Notes: a model not told the origin generated them from the sequence alone. Shown: positions 38,101-48,859, counted from the stretch's first letter. The stretch: 64,000 nucleotides of DNA from Lama guanicoe (GCA_013239625.1 MU054400.1:2205345-2269344), one strand, 5' to 3'. Numbers and translations are program-made.

Positions 38101-38415
38101 GAGTATGAGAATCTTACCAACATGGCCTCCTCCAATGGTGTATGTCTTCCCAGATCCAGTTTGTCCATAGGCAAAAACTGTTGCATTATAGCCCTCAATG
38201 AGTGACAACACTAGTGGCTTTATACAGGTATTATAAACTTCGTCTTGAGTGGAATTTTTGCCAAAAACAAAATCGAAAGTAAAGATTCTATCTCTCCCAA
38301 TGATAATTTGTTGGGTGTTTGGAATAGCTCTCACACAAGCTTGATGATTATGAAGAACTTCTTTGCACAGCAGAGGTCTAATTCTTACAGCAACTTTTAC
38401 TGGTATTTCCTCCAT
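4969..38415 (-). CDS. KIF27: KIF27 kinesin-4 family motor, 5' part of spliced CDS (exons 2-11, 2646 nt = 882 codons; gene continues beyond left edge)
   Basis: Ten exons join in one open frame via GT-AG sites. Starts MEEIPVKVAVRIRP; P-loop AYGQTGSGKT, switch I NEHSSRSH, switch II DLAGSE, then coiled-coil; next to C9orf64/QNG1 as in human. Confidence 0.96.
6327..6532 (-). CDS. KIF27: KIF27 exon 10 (206 nt)
   Basis: tatgaag|GTAATG...CCAG|GTAATT; GNDAKSVSKQYSLKVTKLEQEAEQAK...KKMDAAKLKVQ. Confidence 0.92.
7684..7882. mobile_element. Ancient TcMar/Tigger-type MITE relic (copy 1)
   Basis: Shares aatctaa..a..ccat / aagaaaaaa..gccaa / atcctg / gtgaaaaa blocks with 14329-14509. Confidence 0.5.
9308..9463 (-). 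CDS. KIF27: KIF27 exon 9 (156 nt)
   Basis: ttttaaag|ATTTA...ACAG|GTAATA; DLKIECLQESQELNLQKLKNSELILTEAKQKMRELTINIKMKEDLIKELIKT. Confidence 0.92.
9843..10050. mobile_element. hAT-Charlie type MITE (MER119-like)
   Basis: caggctactcagagtgtgg ... tttgggtagcatt degenerate TIRs and internal inverted aaatcaa/tgattt blocks. Confidence 0.55.
10728..10834 (-). CDS. KIF27: KIF27 exon 8 (107 nt; absent from ORF track)
   Basis: T15-aag|ACATGG...GAAG|GTACAC; (R)HGSHSHWIQKPGSVCSLVELNDMQDQTQKSRLENE(D); phase 2 to 1 bridges exons 7 and 9 exactly. Confidence 0.88.
11301..11470 (-). CDS. KIF27: KIF27 exon 7 (170 nt)
   Basis: cttgtaag|GTCCAC...ATTAG|GTATGT; VHTSPSVYSLDRLVAGFRTRSQMLLGHIEEQDEVLHCQFSDNSDDEE. Confidence 0.9.
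13118..13288 (+). mobile_element. Young L1 3'-end fragment with poly(A)
   Basis: tgtatagcacaggaaactacattcagtatc...gctgtacaccaga...A-tail; artiodactyl-type L1 3'UTR. Confidence 0.85.
14329..14509. mobile_element. Ancient TcMar/Tigger-type MITE relic (copy 2)
   Basis: tacgatatttcatc ... aacgaaaatggta degenerate TIRs; similar to 7684-7882. Confidence 0.5.
15153..15320 (+). mobile_element. tRNA-derived SINE (camelid Vic-1-like)
   Basis: A box TAGCTCAGTGG, B-box-like GGTTCTATCCC, AT-rich tail, TSD CTGATTAAG at 15144-15152 and 15325-15333. Confidence 0.85.
17257..17463 (-). CDS. KIF27: KIF27 exon 6 (207 nt)
   Basis: ctacaaag|AATGAA...GAAG|GTAAAG; NEKIIEQQLLVDQLNEEL...RPYTVPFDTHLGHYIYIPARSDSRK. 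Confidence 0.92.
20080..20572 (+). mobile_element. Solo LTR (MER21-like) inserted in the L1
   Basis: TG...CA ends, gtggtcttggggaccccc terminus, flanks ACATT/ACAGT (4/5 TSD). Confidence 0.8.
21746..21981 (+). mobile_element. Young L1 3'-end insertion with 13-bp TSD
   Basis: TSD AAAGCTAAATGCG (21733-21745) / AAAGCTAAATGTG (21982-21994), poly(A) tail. Confidence 0.88.
23804..23947 (-). CDS. KIF27: KIF27 exon 5 (144 nt; absent from ORF track)
   Basis: ctcctcccag|TGTGCT...TTGCAG|GTAGAG; CALAADEVVFNQKDLEVKELKNQVQMMVQENKGHVVSLKEAQKVNRLQ, phase 0-0. Confidence 0.92.
25720..25985 (-). mobile_element. MIR SINE
   Basis: ccattttacagatggggaaactgaggcacagagaggttaag core. Confidence 0.88.
26623..27992. 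mobile_element. hAT Charlie1-like DNA transposon relic
   Basis: Degenerate TIRs cagcagttttca / gagaattgcta with 8-bp TSD TAATCGAG (26615-26622) / TAATAGAG (27993-28000). Confidence 0.8.
28738..29696 (-). CDS. KIF27: KIF27 exon 4 (959 nt), C-terminal half of motor domain and neck
   Basis: atttaag|TGATT...CAG|GTACTT; SSRSH, DLAGSE, HIPYRDAKITRLLKDSLGG, SLKYANRA motifs. Confidence 0.96.
30708..30892. mobile_element. MER5-type hAT MITE
   Basis: aatcagaatctct...ggggcctggaa...ccaaggtgat...ccaggttggataccac. Confidence 0.7.
31302..31402 (+). mobile_element. ~100-bp L1 3'-end insertion with perfect 16-bp TSD
   Basis: CAAACACCCAGGAATA at 31286-31301 and 31403-31418. Confidence 0.88.
32419..32636. 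mobile_element. Tigger2-derived MITE (MER8-like)
   Basis: 22-bp TIRs tagctgacctttgaacaacatg / catgttgttcaagggtcaacta, TA on the right flank. Confidence 0.85.
32868..33068 (-). CDS. KIF27: KIF27 exon 3 (201 nt)
   Basis: ttttcag|CTTCA...ACAG|GTGAAG; encodes ASVVEGQKGIIPRAI...VSYIEVYKEDLRDLL...REDEKGNT. Confidence 0.95.
33232..34345 (-). mobile_element. L2 LINE relic (3' end)
   Basis: tcaataaatatttatacagtacctactatgtaccgggc... and gagccaaggatgacttcaaggtttt. Confidence 0.82.
34420..34950 (+). mobile_element. L1 3'UTR fragment (L1MB-like)
   Basis: aatgttcacagcagcattatccacaatagcc...acaatggaatattattcagcc. Confidence 0.85.
37520..37850 (+). mobile_element. L1 3'UTR fragment (L1MA-like)
   Basis: gatgtaatgtacagcatgatgactatagttaacaatactatactgtatatttgaaag. 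Confidence 0.82.
38118..38415 (-). CDS. KIF27: KIF27 exon 2 coding part (298 nt; exon starts at 38502 with 87 nt of 5'UTR)
   Basis: Acceptor tttttgatacacag| at 38503, Kozak GCCATGG, donor TTG|GTAAGA; contains the P-loop GQTGSGKT. Confidence 0.95.
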
Positions 38416-39074
38416 GGCAGCTTAGATTTTACTAAACAGATTTTCTACTTAATATTCAGTATCTAGTGTGAGAAACATCCATTTTATGTAAGATCTGGAC
38501 CCCTGTGTATCAAAAACAAAACAAAACTTAATTATCAACTCCTCTATCCCAAAAGACTAACCATCTTCTAAAGCAAAGTCAATTAGAGCAGGTTTTGTTC
38601 CAATATAAGAGAGCTACAAAGATGAACTCTGTCTTGAAAAAGTATACCTATAATTTACAGATTTGCTGCAAAATAATCTAGAGTACGGGAGCCATGAGTT
38701 AGAGTATGGTGAAGCAAAGTTTTAAGTGCATGAAGTTCCATTATGGCATTTCTTCTATAGTGGTAATACATTTCCAGCTCATTCATCTAAATATTGGCTA
38801 ACTGGGGAGCTAGAAAAAATAAGGCAAGGATATAACTGGGTAATTGTACACATGTACACAAGTACTAAAAATAAAAATAAAATCTTTTTGTCACAAATAT
38901 TAGAAATCAATTCATGAAAATAGTTTTAAGGATTTCTGTAAGTCAATGTAAATTTAAAATAAAATTTTTATTCAAAAATAATCAAAACTAACAGAAAAAC
39001 TACTTTTCTACTCCTAAATTATGTTGTACTTATTTCTGAATATCTCTGGTGGAATAAATACATTAAAAATTAAA

Positions 39075-40710
39075 TTGGTAGCTACACTTACAATGAACAA
39101 CCTGAAAAATAAATGTAAGAAAACAATTTCACTTACAATAACATTAAAAAGAATAAAATACTCAGGAACAAATTTAACAAAAGATGTGTAAAACTTACAC
39201 TTTGAAAACTACAAAATATTGTTGAAAGTAAGGAAGATCTAAATAAATGGAAAGACACCTAATGTTCATGGAAGACTTAACATATTAAAATGGCGATATT
39301 CCCCTAAATTGATCTAAAGATTCAACAGAACACCTTTCAAAATCCCAGCTGACCTCTTTGCAGAACTTGACAAGCTGGCCATAAAACTCATACGGAAATT
39401 AAAGGGACATAGAATAGCCAATACAATGCTGAAAAGAACACAGCTGGAGGATAGACTTCCCCAATTTTGAAACTAAGCAACAGTAATCAAGACTGTGGTA
39501 CTGGCTAGCATAAGACAGACTTAAAGACCAATGGAAAAGAATTGAGAATCCAGAAATAATCCCCCACGTTTATGGGCAACTGATTTTCGACGAGAGTGCC
39601 AAGACAAATCAATGGGGGAAAAAAACAGTCTTTTCAACAAATGGTCATGGGACAGCTGGGTATCTACACGCATAAGAGTGAAACTGAACTCTGACCACAC
39701 ATCATAGACAAATTAGACATATTAATTCAAAATGGTTCATAGACCTAAATGTAAGAACTGAAAATATGAAGCTCTTAAAACACGGGAGTAACTTTTTGTA
39801 ATCTTGGATTTGGCAATGGTTTCTTAGATATGACACCAAAAGCAATAAGCAAAAAGGAAAAATAGATAGAATGGATGTAATCAAATTTAAAAGCCTAGGG
39901 CCTCAAAGGACACCATCAAAAAGGTAAAAAGACAACTCACTGAGTGGGAGAAAATATTTGCAAGTTATACATCTAATAAGGATTACTATCTAGAACATAT
40001 AAAAATCTATTACAACTCAATAGTAAAAAGACAACTCAGTTTAAAAGTGGGCAAAGGATCTGAAAAGACAGTTCTTTAAAGATGATATAAAAATGGCCAA
40101 TAAGCAAATGCAAAGATGCTCGACATCATTAGCTATGACGCTGTGGGGGAAATGCAATCAAAACCACAATAAGATATCATTTCACACTCACTAACACAGC
40201 TATAATCAAAAAGACAGATCATAATTTGTGTTGGCAAGAGTATAGAGGGTAAGGAACCCTCATACACTCCTGAAGGGAATGCAAAATGATGCAGCTGCTT
40301 TGGAACAGTCTGGCAGTTCCTCAAAAAGTTAAACACTGAGTTATCATTTAATCCAGCAACCCCATTCTTAAGATGCGGCATCTAAAAAAAAATAACATAA
40401 ATGAATGTATTTACAAACCAGAAATAGACTCACAAACATAGAAAACAAACTATGGTTACCAAAGGGGTAAGTGGTGGGGCATTGGGATAAGTTAGGAGTT
40501 TAGGATTAACAGATACACACTACTATATATAAAACAGATAACAAGGTCCTACTGTATAGCACAGGGAATTATATTCAATATCTTGTAATCACCTATAATG
40601 GAAACAATGTGAAAAAGAATATATATGTATGTGTAATTGAATCACTTTGCTGTACACCCAAAGCTAACACAACACTGTAAATCAACTATACGTCAATAAG
40701 AAATAAGTAA
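39075..40710 (+). mobile_element. L1 ORF2 relic (39075-40370) joined to a younger artiodactyl-type L1 3' end (40375-40710)
   Basis: ORF2 motifs, then an abrupt switch to gaaatagactcacaaacatagaaaacaaactatggttaccaaagggg...gtcctactgtatagcacaggg. Confidence 0.85.
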
Positions 40711-41203
40711 AATAATATTTTCAGCACTACTTGCAATGGAAATGTTAATTATGGCATACTGAATATTCACTAGCCTTAAAAAAAAAACTCTGCACCAGTA
40801 CTGTGCATTTATAATTTTGTGAGTAGATAGTCTGAAAAGATTCACAATAACAGAAAAGATTTACATCACACTAGTAAGGGCCCATTGAGAGTGAAAAAAT
40901 ATCAGCTCCCCTGGGCTATGAAATCCCAAAACAGAGCCAGCAAACTATCTTTAATGGCCAACAAAGAGATGTACCTAACCTTGGCAGTTTTAATCATTTT
41001 AGTGAAATTCTGCACTGAAAAAGTACTCATAAACATGGCAAATCTTTTCTTGGATTCTAAAGGACTCTACAGTCATTTGGTACCGGAAACTTTTCCAAAG
41101 AAATTACAGGGATGCAGTATGACTTGATTCCTCCAGATGTCTCTGAACACCTATATTACAGTTTTTATCATAGAGATTAGTTTAGTTCTTTTTTTAACAC
41201 CAT

Positions 41204-41772
41204 TGAGGGAGGCAGGGAACTAGGTAATTGAAACTCGGACCTGTTGTCCAGCGACTTCTTTAAAGTTTAAAATTAACCTATAGCTGGCCCTAGAAAATGC
41301 TTCCGCTTGAGTAATGGAAAAGGCTATTTTGTGGAAACACAAAGCCCTGACTCAATTTAATATATATAACCACACTGTTCAAGGGTCTTGCTTGCTCAGC
41401 CTAGCTTAATCACATTGTTCCAGGGTCCCTAGTTACCTGATCTTATTTTTGCAGAGTGTTTGTTCCACAGAGCAGAACAAACTGGAAAGCAAGCAGGAAA
41501 AAACTGCCAAGAAAAAGAAAACAAGAAGCACCAAAGAAGACAGATAAAAGGACCCAGCCGAGACCCCAAAGTAGGGGTTCTTATGTCAAGCCACCTGAGC
41601 TCACAGCTCCTCCACTTGAGTGTCTTCAAGAGTCTCTGCCTCTTTTCCTTTTTTGAGCAATAAAGCAGCTTTCCCTTTTTCCCTTTGCCTCTGCTGAGAA
41701 TTCTTTCTCAACCAGCAAGCAAAGACCCACGCTTTTGGTGGGCTTTCTAACTTGGGACTCTAGCCACTAACA
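41204..41772 (+). mobile_element. Solo ERV LTR (569 bp, class I-like) in KIF27 intron 1
   Basis: TG...CA, CCAT TSD (41200-41203, 41773-41776), ATAAAA at 41544, AATAAA at 41659. Confidence 0.82.
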
Positions 41773-42499
41773 CCATCATATTAAAACAAAAGTCATGGTC
41801 TATGTTAAACTAAACCTAACTACTCCCAACGAAATTGCTAATAAAAGATGCCAAGTGTAACATGTTTTTACTTTCTTGGTTTTCTTAATAGGAACAATCT
41901 GGCTACATAAGCAATTGAAATCCATCTACTCTAATTATTAAAAAGCGACAATAAGCAGATGCCTTGCAAAAAAATTAATATACGAGAATTGAAGCTTAAA
42001 AAAAATAGCACTTCTTCAGATTCTGACCAATTACAGCCATCAGATGCAAAAGTCACCAGCAAAGGTAAGGAAGGGTGAAATGTGGCCGGTAATGTTTTGG
42101 CATACTCAATGGAGTTTTGAAATCTGAGCAAAGGAAAGAGAAATATTTGACCCTTGATGCCATGTCATTGATCAGAAAGAGGTATTTCCAAATTCCGTTG
42201 CTATCCTTGTCTTTTAAAAAGTAGTGATTGTCCAAAAGTTGTGGTTTGTTAGTAATAAATATTCTTGTGAGAAACTTTCTGGCAAATGGATACTGAATCT
42301 CATAAGGATCTAGGAAAAGGTCCCAAATGCATAAAGAACTAGATAGAGAAGAAAGCAAGTAAAGAGGGGGAAACAGCAAAGCTTTTAAAACTTGGAGAGG
42401 GCGAAGTTTTGTTTGAAATATGTTTCAAAAAAAGAATCTGAGTACTCCTTTCTCAATTATCACTTGCTCTAAGGGAAGGAGGCTTTCAGACTTTTGCAG

Positions 42500-43260
42500 C
42501 GCTTAGAATGCACCAAAGTTTCAACACCCGCAACCGAAAGGAGAGGCCTGCGACAAAACGAAACCCCAAGGAGGGTGGACGGTCCCATCCCTCTTCAGGT
42601 CCCGCAACTGGAAGTATGAACACAAGAAATACACAGGATCCGATTCGGTGGGCCTCGGCCTGGATTTCCCGCGCGTCCCTATTCCCCAGGCCCTTCTACC
42701 TCGAGGGGCACCAACTTCCCCGCGCCGCTGGCTGGGGGTCCCAGCATCGACCCCAGGCTCCCCCGGGGGCCGTCCTGGGCCTCGCCGGCGTCCCAGCCGC
42801 CCCCGGAGCCACGCAGCGGCGGCCGGGCCCCCTCCTCCCACGGCGGGCTTGGGGCAAGGGCGCGGAGGGCGGGGGCGCGGCCGGCCGGCCCACCACTCAC
42901 TGACTGGTTCGAGGAAGCCCGTCTTCGGCGGCGAGAGCAGCGTAGGACTTCTCGGCTTCGCTTCGCCGCGCCGCTGCTAGAGCAGCCGCCGGCGCCTTTT
43001 GTTGTCCCGGGTTCTCCCGGCAACGGGCGAAGCCCGCGGCTGAGGCGTCTGGCCGCTCCCCTGACCCGGCGCCGCCCGGCCCGGCCCCGCCCCGCCCCGC
43101 CCTGCTAGGCCAGGCCCCGCCCCTTCCCGCGAAGCCCCGCCCTGCCCCATAGCCCTGCCCCTTCCCGGGAAGCCCCGCCCTGCCCCATCAGGGAGGAGCC
43201 TAGAGCCTGCCGCCTGGAGGCCCGCCTCCCAGATTCCCTCCAAAGTAAATACCCAGGGAC
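42500..43260. promoter_or_regulatory. KIF27 CpG-island promoter with Sp/KLF GC-box cluster
   Basis: Sharp rise in GC and CpG; multiple CCCCGCCC motifs 43084-43185; X-box-like element at 43011-43024. Confidence 0.88.
42901..43024 (-). other. KIF27: KIF27 putative non-coding exon 1 (5' end approximate)
   Basis: CA|GTGAGT donor at 42900 inside the CpG island, just downstream of a GC-box cluster; no ATG in the segment. Confidence 0.65.
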
Positions 43261-43359
43261 CCCTCTTAAAGTCCTGAGCCGAAGTAACTCTCCCTGAGTT
43301 TGTAAGATGAATATGAGAAAGATTCACGTTGCTTTCAAGATTTTAGCTACCAGTTCTGT

Positions 43360-43940
43360 TTATTTTTATTGAGGTAAAGTTCACATAACATGAAATGAAC
43401 CACTTTAAATTGTACAATTTAGTGGCGGTTTTAGACATTCACAATGTTGTGCAACCATCACCTCTATGTCCAAAACATCTTCCTCACCCCAAAAAGAAGT
43501 CCCCATACCAGTTAGCAGTCACCCCTATTCCTCTCTCCCCCAGCCACTGCCGACTACTAAGCTGCTTCCTGTTCCAATGGCTTTACCTCTTCTGGGTATT
43601 TCATATTATTTATAGAATCTTACAGTTTGTGACCTTGAGTCTGGCTTCTTTTGCTAAACAATGTTTTCCAGATTCAACCGTGTTGTACCATGCATCAGAA
43701 CTTTTATTCCTTTTTATGGCTGAATAATATTCCATTGTATGGACATACTACATTTAATTTAATCCATTCATCAGTTGATGGACATGTGGGTTGTTTTCAC
43801 ATTAGGGCTAATATGAATAATGCTGCTATGAACATCCAAGTACAAGTATTTGTTTAATGTCTTTTTTCAGTTCTTTTGGGTATAGACCTAGGTATGGAAT
43901 TGCTGCGTCATATGGTAATTTTACATTTAACTTTTCCAAT
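43360..43940 (-). mobile_element. L1 3' end (L1MB-like), antisense
   Basis: tttattgaggtaaagttcacataac...atggctgaataatattccattgtatgg. Confidence 0.88.
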
Positions 43941-45169
43941 TTAGTTTTAAATGCTTCAATGCCTCCCATTTTTAGTAGCACAATCTAAGCATCTTCAAAA
44001 AGCAGTACTTCTCTCTTGTAAAGCACATAGAATAGTAAGGACTCAAAAATTATTAGGTAGCTAGAATGGTGATGACAATTTTCTCAATTTTGTTCAGAGG
44101 AGAAATACATGTATAAAAACACAAACTAGTAAAAATATTCAACAAAATTCACCAAAGTAACCATCATCAAAACTGGATTCAAGTCATTTATAATCTAATC
44201 AATTAGGGTCTTGATTCAAGGAACAAAAACCAATTCTGGAGTACTTAAGGAAAAAAAAGACAGTTGAAATGTTGAAAAGTTTATCATTAAAATGCTTTGT
44301 TACAAGTAATAAAAATGCCAAGTCATATTATCTTGACTAAGAAAATATATTTTGGTTCATACAGCCTAAAGTAAATATGAAAAAATTCTTAGAATCAGTG
44401 CAATAGGATATACTCCTAAATATTCATGAGTTTATTTGAGGGGGAGTCTGTTCTGTTGCATTGATCAGTTTATTCCTGTAACAGTACTACACAGCTTTAA
44501 TTACTATAGCTCTACTGTATATTTTGGGAATTGAGCAAGCTCTTCCTCATTGTCCTCTTTTCTTGACTATTCTTGGCATTTCTCTTCCAGAAGAACTTTT
44601 GAATCCATTTGACAATTTTCAGAAGAAAAGTTACATTGAGATTTTTCAGTTGGGATGGCAATTAAATTTTAAAAACTTGTAACACATTATTTTTATAAAT
44701 GTAGAGGACAATTTTTTAATTGTAAGAACCTCCTGGCACTTTATAACAAAGATAAAATGGCTCTTCATGATAAAGTACAGTCTTCTTGATATGGTATACA
44801 AGGCCTCCCATAATCTACTTTTTGCCTACCTTTCTAGACTCATCTCTACTCTTTCTTGTGTCACATTTTATTCTCCAGCATTAGCAGAGACCATATATTA
44901 TTTTTATGTACCCATTGCTGAGCACAGTCATAGTGTTCAATACATAGTAAATATTAAGCTCATTGTAGAGATGCAATAAATATTTATGGAAGTAAAAAAT
45001 AAAAAACAGAAAACAAGCAATTTGCTCAAGGCTACAGGACTGGTAAGTGGCAGAGGCAAGACTGAAGCCTATATGTGTCAGATGACATGGTCAACACTGC
45101 TCCCTAAACACTGAGCTGAGCTAAAGCTTTTTCTAAAATACACCTCATCTCTCTCTCTCTCTATCTCCC

Positions 45170-46560
45170 CCCATATTTACTCAAATCAGGATCCAAACAT
45201 AGTCCACATGTAGCATTTGGTTGACACGCCCCTTAATTCTCTTTTAATGTTACCTGCCTCCTTTTTCAAAATTGTGGCAAAATACACATAACATTTACTA
45301 TCTTGACCATTTAAAAATACGCAGTTCGATAGTGTTAAATACGTTCACATTGTTGTTCAACCAATTTTCAGAACTCTTTTTATCTTGCAAGACTGAAACT
45401 CTATACTCATTAAACAGCAATTCCCTATTCACCCCCTTTCCCAGCCCCTGGAAACCACCATTCTACTTTCTATCTCTATGAATGTGACTACTCCAGGTAC
45501 CTCACATGAGTGGAATCATACAGTATTTGGCCTTCTGTGACTGGCTTATTCACTTAGCATAATGTCCTCAAGTTTCACCCATGTGGTAGCATATGTCAGA
45601 ATTTCCTTCGTTTTCAAGGCTAATGTTCTACTGTACGGATGTAACATATTTTGTTTACCCATTTATCTCTTGTTGGACACTTGGGTTTCTTCCAACTTTT
45701 GGCTATTCCGAATAATGCTGCAAAGAAACAAAGGTGTATAACTCTCTGTTCAAGATACTGCTTTCAATTATTTTTGGTATATACCCAGAATGGAATTCCT
45801 AGATTGTGTGGTGATCCTATCTTTAATTTTTTGAGGAACTGCCATACTGTTTTCCACAGCAGTGTCACCATTTTATAATCCCACCAACAATGCACAAGTG
45901 TTCCACTTTCTCCACATCTTCACTGATCCTTATCTTTTAAGAAAAAATCACTTATTTGTTGAAGAAACCGTGCCATTCGTATTGTAGAACATCTCACATT
46001 CTAGATTTGGCGATTGCATCTTTGTGTTGTCATTTAACTTGTTACTCTTTATCCTACATTTCCTGTAAACTTGTAGATCTAGATTCTTGATTAGATTCAG
46101 GTTCAATTTTTCCGGCAAGAATAATAGACAGGGCTGTGTACTTCCTATTGCAACATACCAGGAAGCACATAATGTCTGAGTATCCCACTTTTAGTGATGT
46201 TAAGATTATTAGTGAGTTCAGGTGCTTTCAGCCTAATAAATCCATTTAAAATTTCCCCATCAGCATTTTACCTTATGGTTTAACAAAGACTGATGATGAT
46301 TTTACAGGTCTATTATTTCATTAGGTATTCCAAAATGCTACTGTTCTAATATTCCTTTCTGCATTTATTAGCCAGAATTACTCTATAAAGAAGAGCTTTC
46401 CCTCTATCAGGTTATCCTGAAATGCAGTTAATTTCATGCAGCAATGGTAGGAACCATGCTTGATTTTTTTTTCTCTTTTATTTATCAATTTGAGAATAAT
46501 GAAGTGATTCCTACCAAACTCCAAAGTCAATCAATAGTTTCTTTTTTTGGATTTGGTGTA
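45170..46560 (-). mobile_element. Nested antisense L1 fragments (L1MB-like at 45265-45935 inside an older L1 3'UTR)
   Basis: gtggaatcatacagtatttg...tttttgaggaactgccatactgttttccacag, flanked by older L1 3'UTR-like sequence. Confidence 0.75.
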
Positions 46561-47915
46561 GGAGGGGTGACTATGAACTCATAGCATTTTATATTTTTTA
46601 TTTGCTTTCCAAATACTATGCTCACTCCTCAAAGTATTTCTAGACTTCTTATTGAATACCATTGTGAACTTTTTCTCCCTTTTTTTGCATTATTAACATT
46701 TTTTTCTTAAGACTTTCTTTTTTTGTTTTAATAAAGTTCATTCTTTCCGAGCAGTTTAAGGTTCACAACAGAATTGAGCATAAAATACAGTTTGCACATA
46801 GCCCTCCCCACCCACACATATATACTCCCCTACCCTCAACATCTCTCATCAGTGTGGCATATTTGGTACAACTGATGAACCAACATGGGCACATTATTAT
46901 CAACCAAAGTCTGTGACCTTTTTCTTTTCATTTTAATTTACACTTCATCAAAGTTATTGAGTCTTAATAATTGAATTCCATTCCAGCAAACAAAGAATAC
47001 TGATTAATTCATATGCCAGCCAATCCTTAAGTCTATCCTGAGAATGTTGAAATAGAAATAGTGAAGGAAGGGAGAGCATTATTAGGTTTTTTCCCACCTC
47101 CAGACAGGAAACTGGATTAGTTCTTTCCTTAGACCAACTCAGAATACAGATTTACCCCTTTCCTATTTCTTCTTCAGCAGTTCCCAACTTGAAATGATCC
47201 CCACTTACTGAAGAATTCTGATCATATAAAGATGTAGGAGACAAGGTTGTTTTGGCTGCTTACAATCTCTTTTCCTTTCTATAAACAGAACAACTCCATT
47301 TATTCAAGAACTGCCACTGCTCCACCTGGTAAGCCAGCCAATCACTTGGCCCTTGCCCAAGGCCCCTGGCTGGGGACCTGGGACTCAAGCCAGGTACAAC
47401 AGCCAAGTGGCAGATTTTTGCATGGGTTATTGGCAAAGACTGGCACTCTTGCCTGTAATCACTAGCTACTAGAGTCATCCTTTCCAACAGGGCAAAAAGA
47501 AATACAAAATGTGATCTCTGTGCATTTTAATCCGTGGACTATAACTGGGCATTGCTAAGATCAGCTCTTTCCCTGGATTTATCTTTTTTTTTTTTATCAT
47601 TACATTTCCTTTTTCATTAAGCTAGTTTCCATCTGGTTTCTTTCACTTAAAACTAAAATATCCTTAACCCAATGGGAGAAATTAAAACAGAAAGGAAAAG
47701 GAAAAAATGGAATGTAGTGCATGGGAAAAAGAGAAACTTAGATGACTGCCACAGTAATAAGTTCCCCAAGCTTTCAATTGTTTGGTCAGCGAATTTTATA
47801 CCTGAGGGAATCTTACAAGTTACTTAGTCCCATTATACATTTATTAATTTTTTATGTTGTATCTGATATCCTTGAGTTAGACAAAAGTTATTTTGCCACA
47901 TTATTTATTCATACC

Positions 47916-48456
47916 TGTATTCGGGTTCTCCATACAAACAAAACCAATAGAATGCAGAGACCTACTTATAGATATATTTCCATCTATAGACTTATAATCT
48001 ATATCTGTCTATCTACCTTTCCATCCATCCATCCATTCATCTGCCTAGAGAGAGAGAAAGAGAGATTTATTTTAAGGAATTGGCTCATGTGATTGTGGGA
48101 GCTGGTAAGTCCAAAATCTGTAGGGCTGGCTAGCAAACTGGAAATTCAGAATTGATGTTATATTATAGTCTTGAGTCTACAATCTGTAGGGTAGGGCAGC
48201 AAGTGGGAAAGTCAAGCAGAGTCTCTCTGTTTCAGTCTTTAATCAGAGTTGTTTCTTTTTCTGGAAAACTTGTCTTTGCTCTTAAGGCCTTCAACTGATT
48301 GGTTGAAGCCCCCATGTTACAGAGTGTAACTACTTTACTCAAGTCTATTGACTATAAATATTAATCACACCTTAAAAATATCTTCACAGCTACATCTAAA
48401 CTGGTGTTTGACCAAACAACTGGGCACCAAGCTGATACATAAAATTAACTGTCACA
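47916..48456 (+). mobile_element. MLT2-type ERVL LTR
   Basis: tgtattcgggttctcc...gagatttattttaaggaattggctcatgtgattgtgg...cataaaattaactgtcaca. Confidence 0.88.
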
Positions 48457-48859
48457 ATGTCATCCTATCTCATCCTATAAATAAATGATTTGAGACATGC
48501 ATATATTTTACAAAATGATACAAAAAGAATATTGGAACCAGAACTAGAAAATCAGGCTTAGATTATCCTATTTCATACGTAAATTTAAAAGGCATAGAGA
48601 TTTTAACTGATTTGTCCAAAAGTTGATGACAAAACCAAGGCAGTGAGCATACATTGATTCCCCTTAGGGCAGCCCAGACCCTTGGATCTTTACTTGGGAC
48701 ATTTTACACTGTGGAGGACTCACAATTCTGGACTTCTTTATTTTCAGGGACATTACTTCCCATGGTTTCGGGAATGAATGAACAGATAAAAATGCTGCCT
48801 CGATCCTGGCAGTCTATTTTGTTCCCAACCAATGCACAAGCATGAGAAGGGGTTGATGG

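Noticed and set aside
42508..43327. Multiple 66-131 aa ORFs on both strands
   Set aside because: Stop-poor GC-rich CpG island; low-complexity Gly/Pro/Arg/Ala translations with no recognisable domain.
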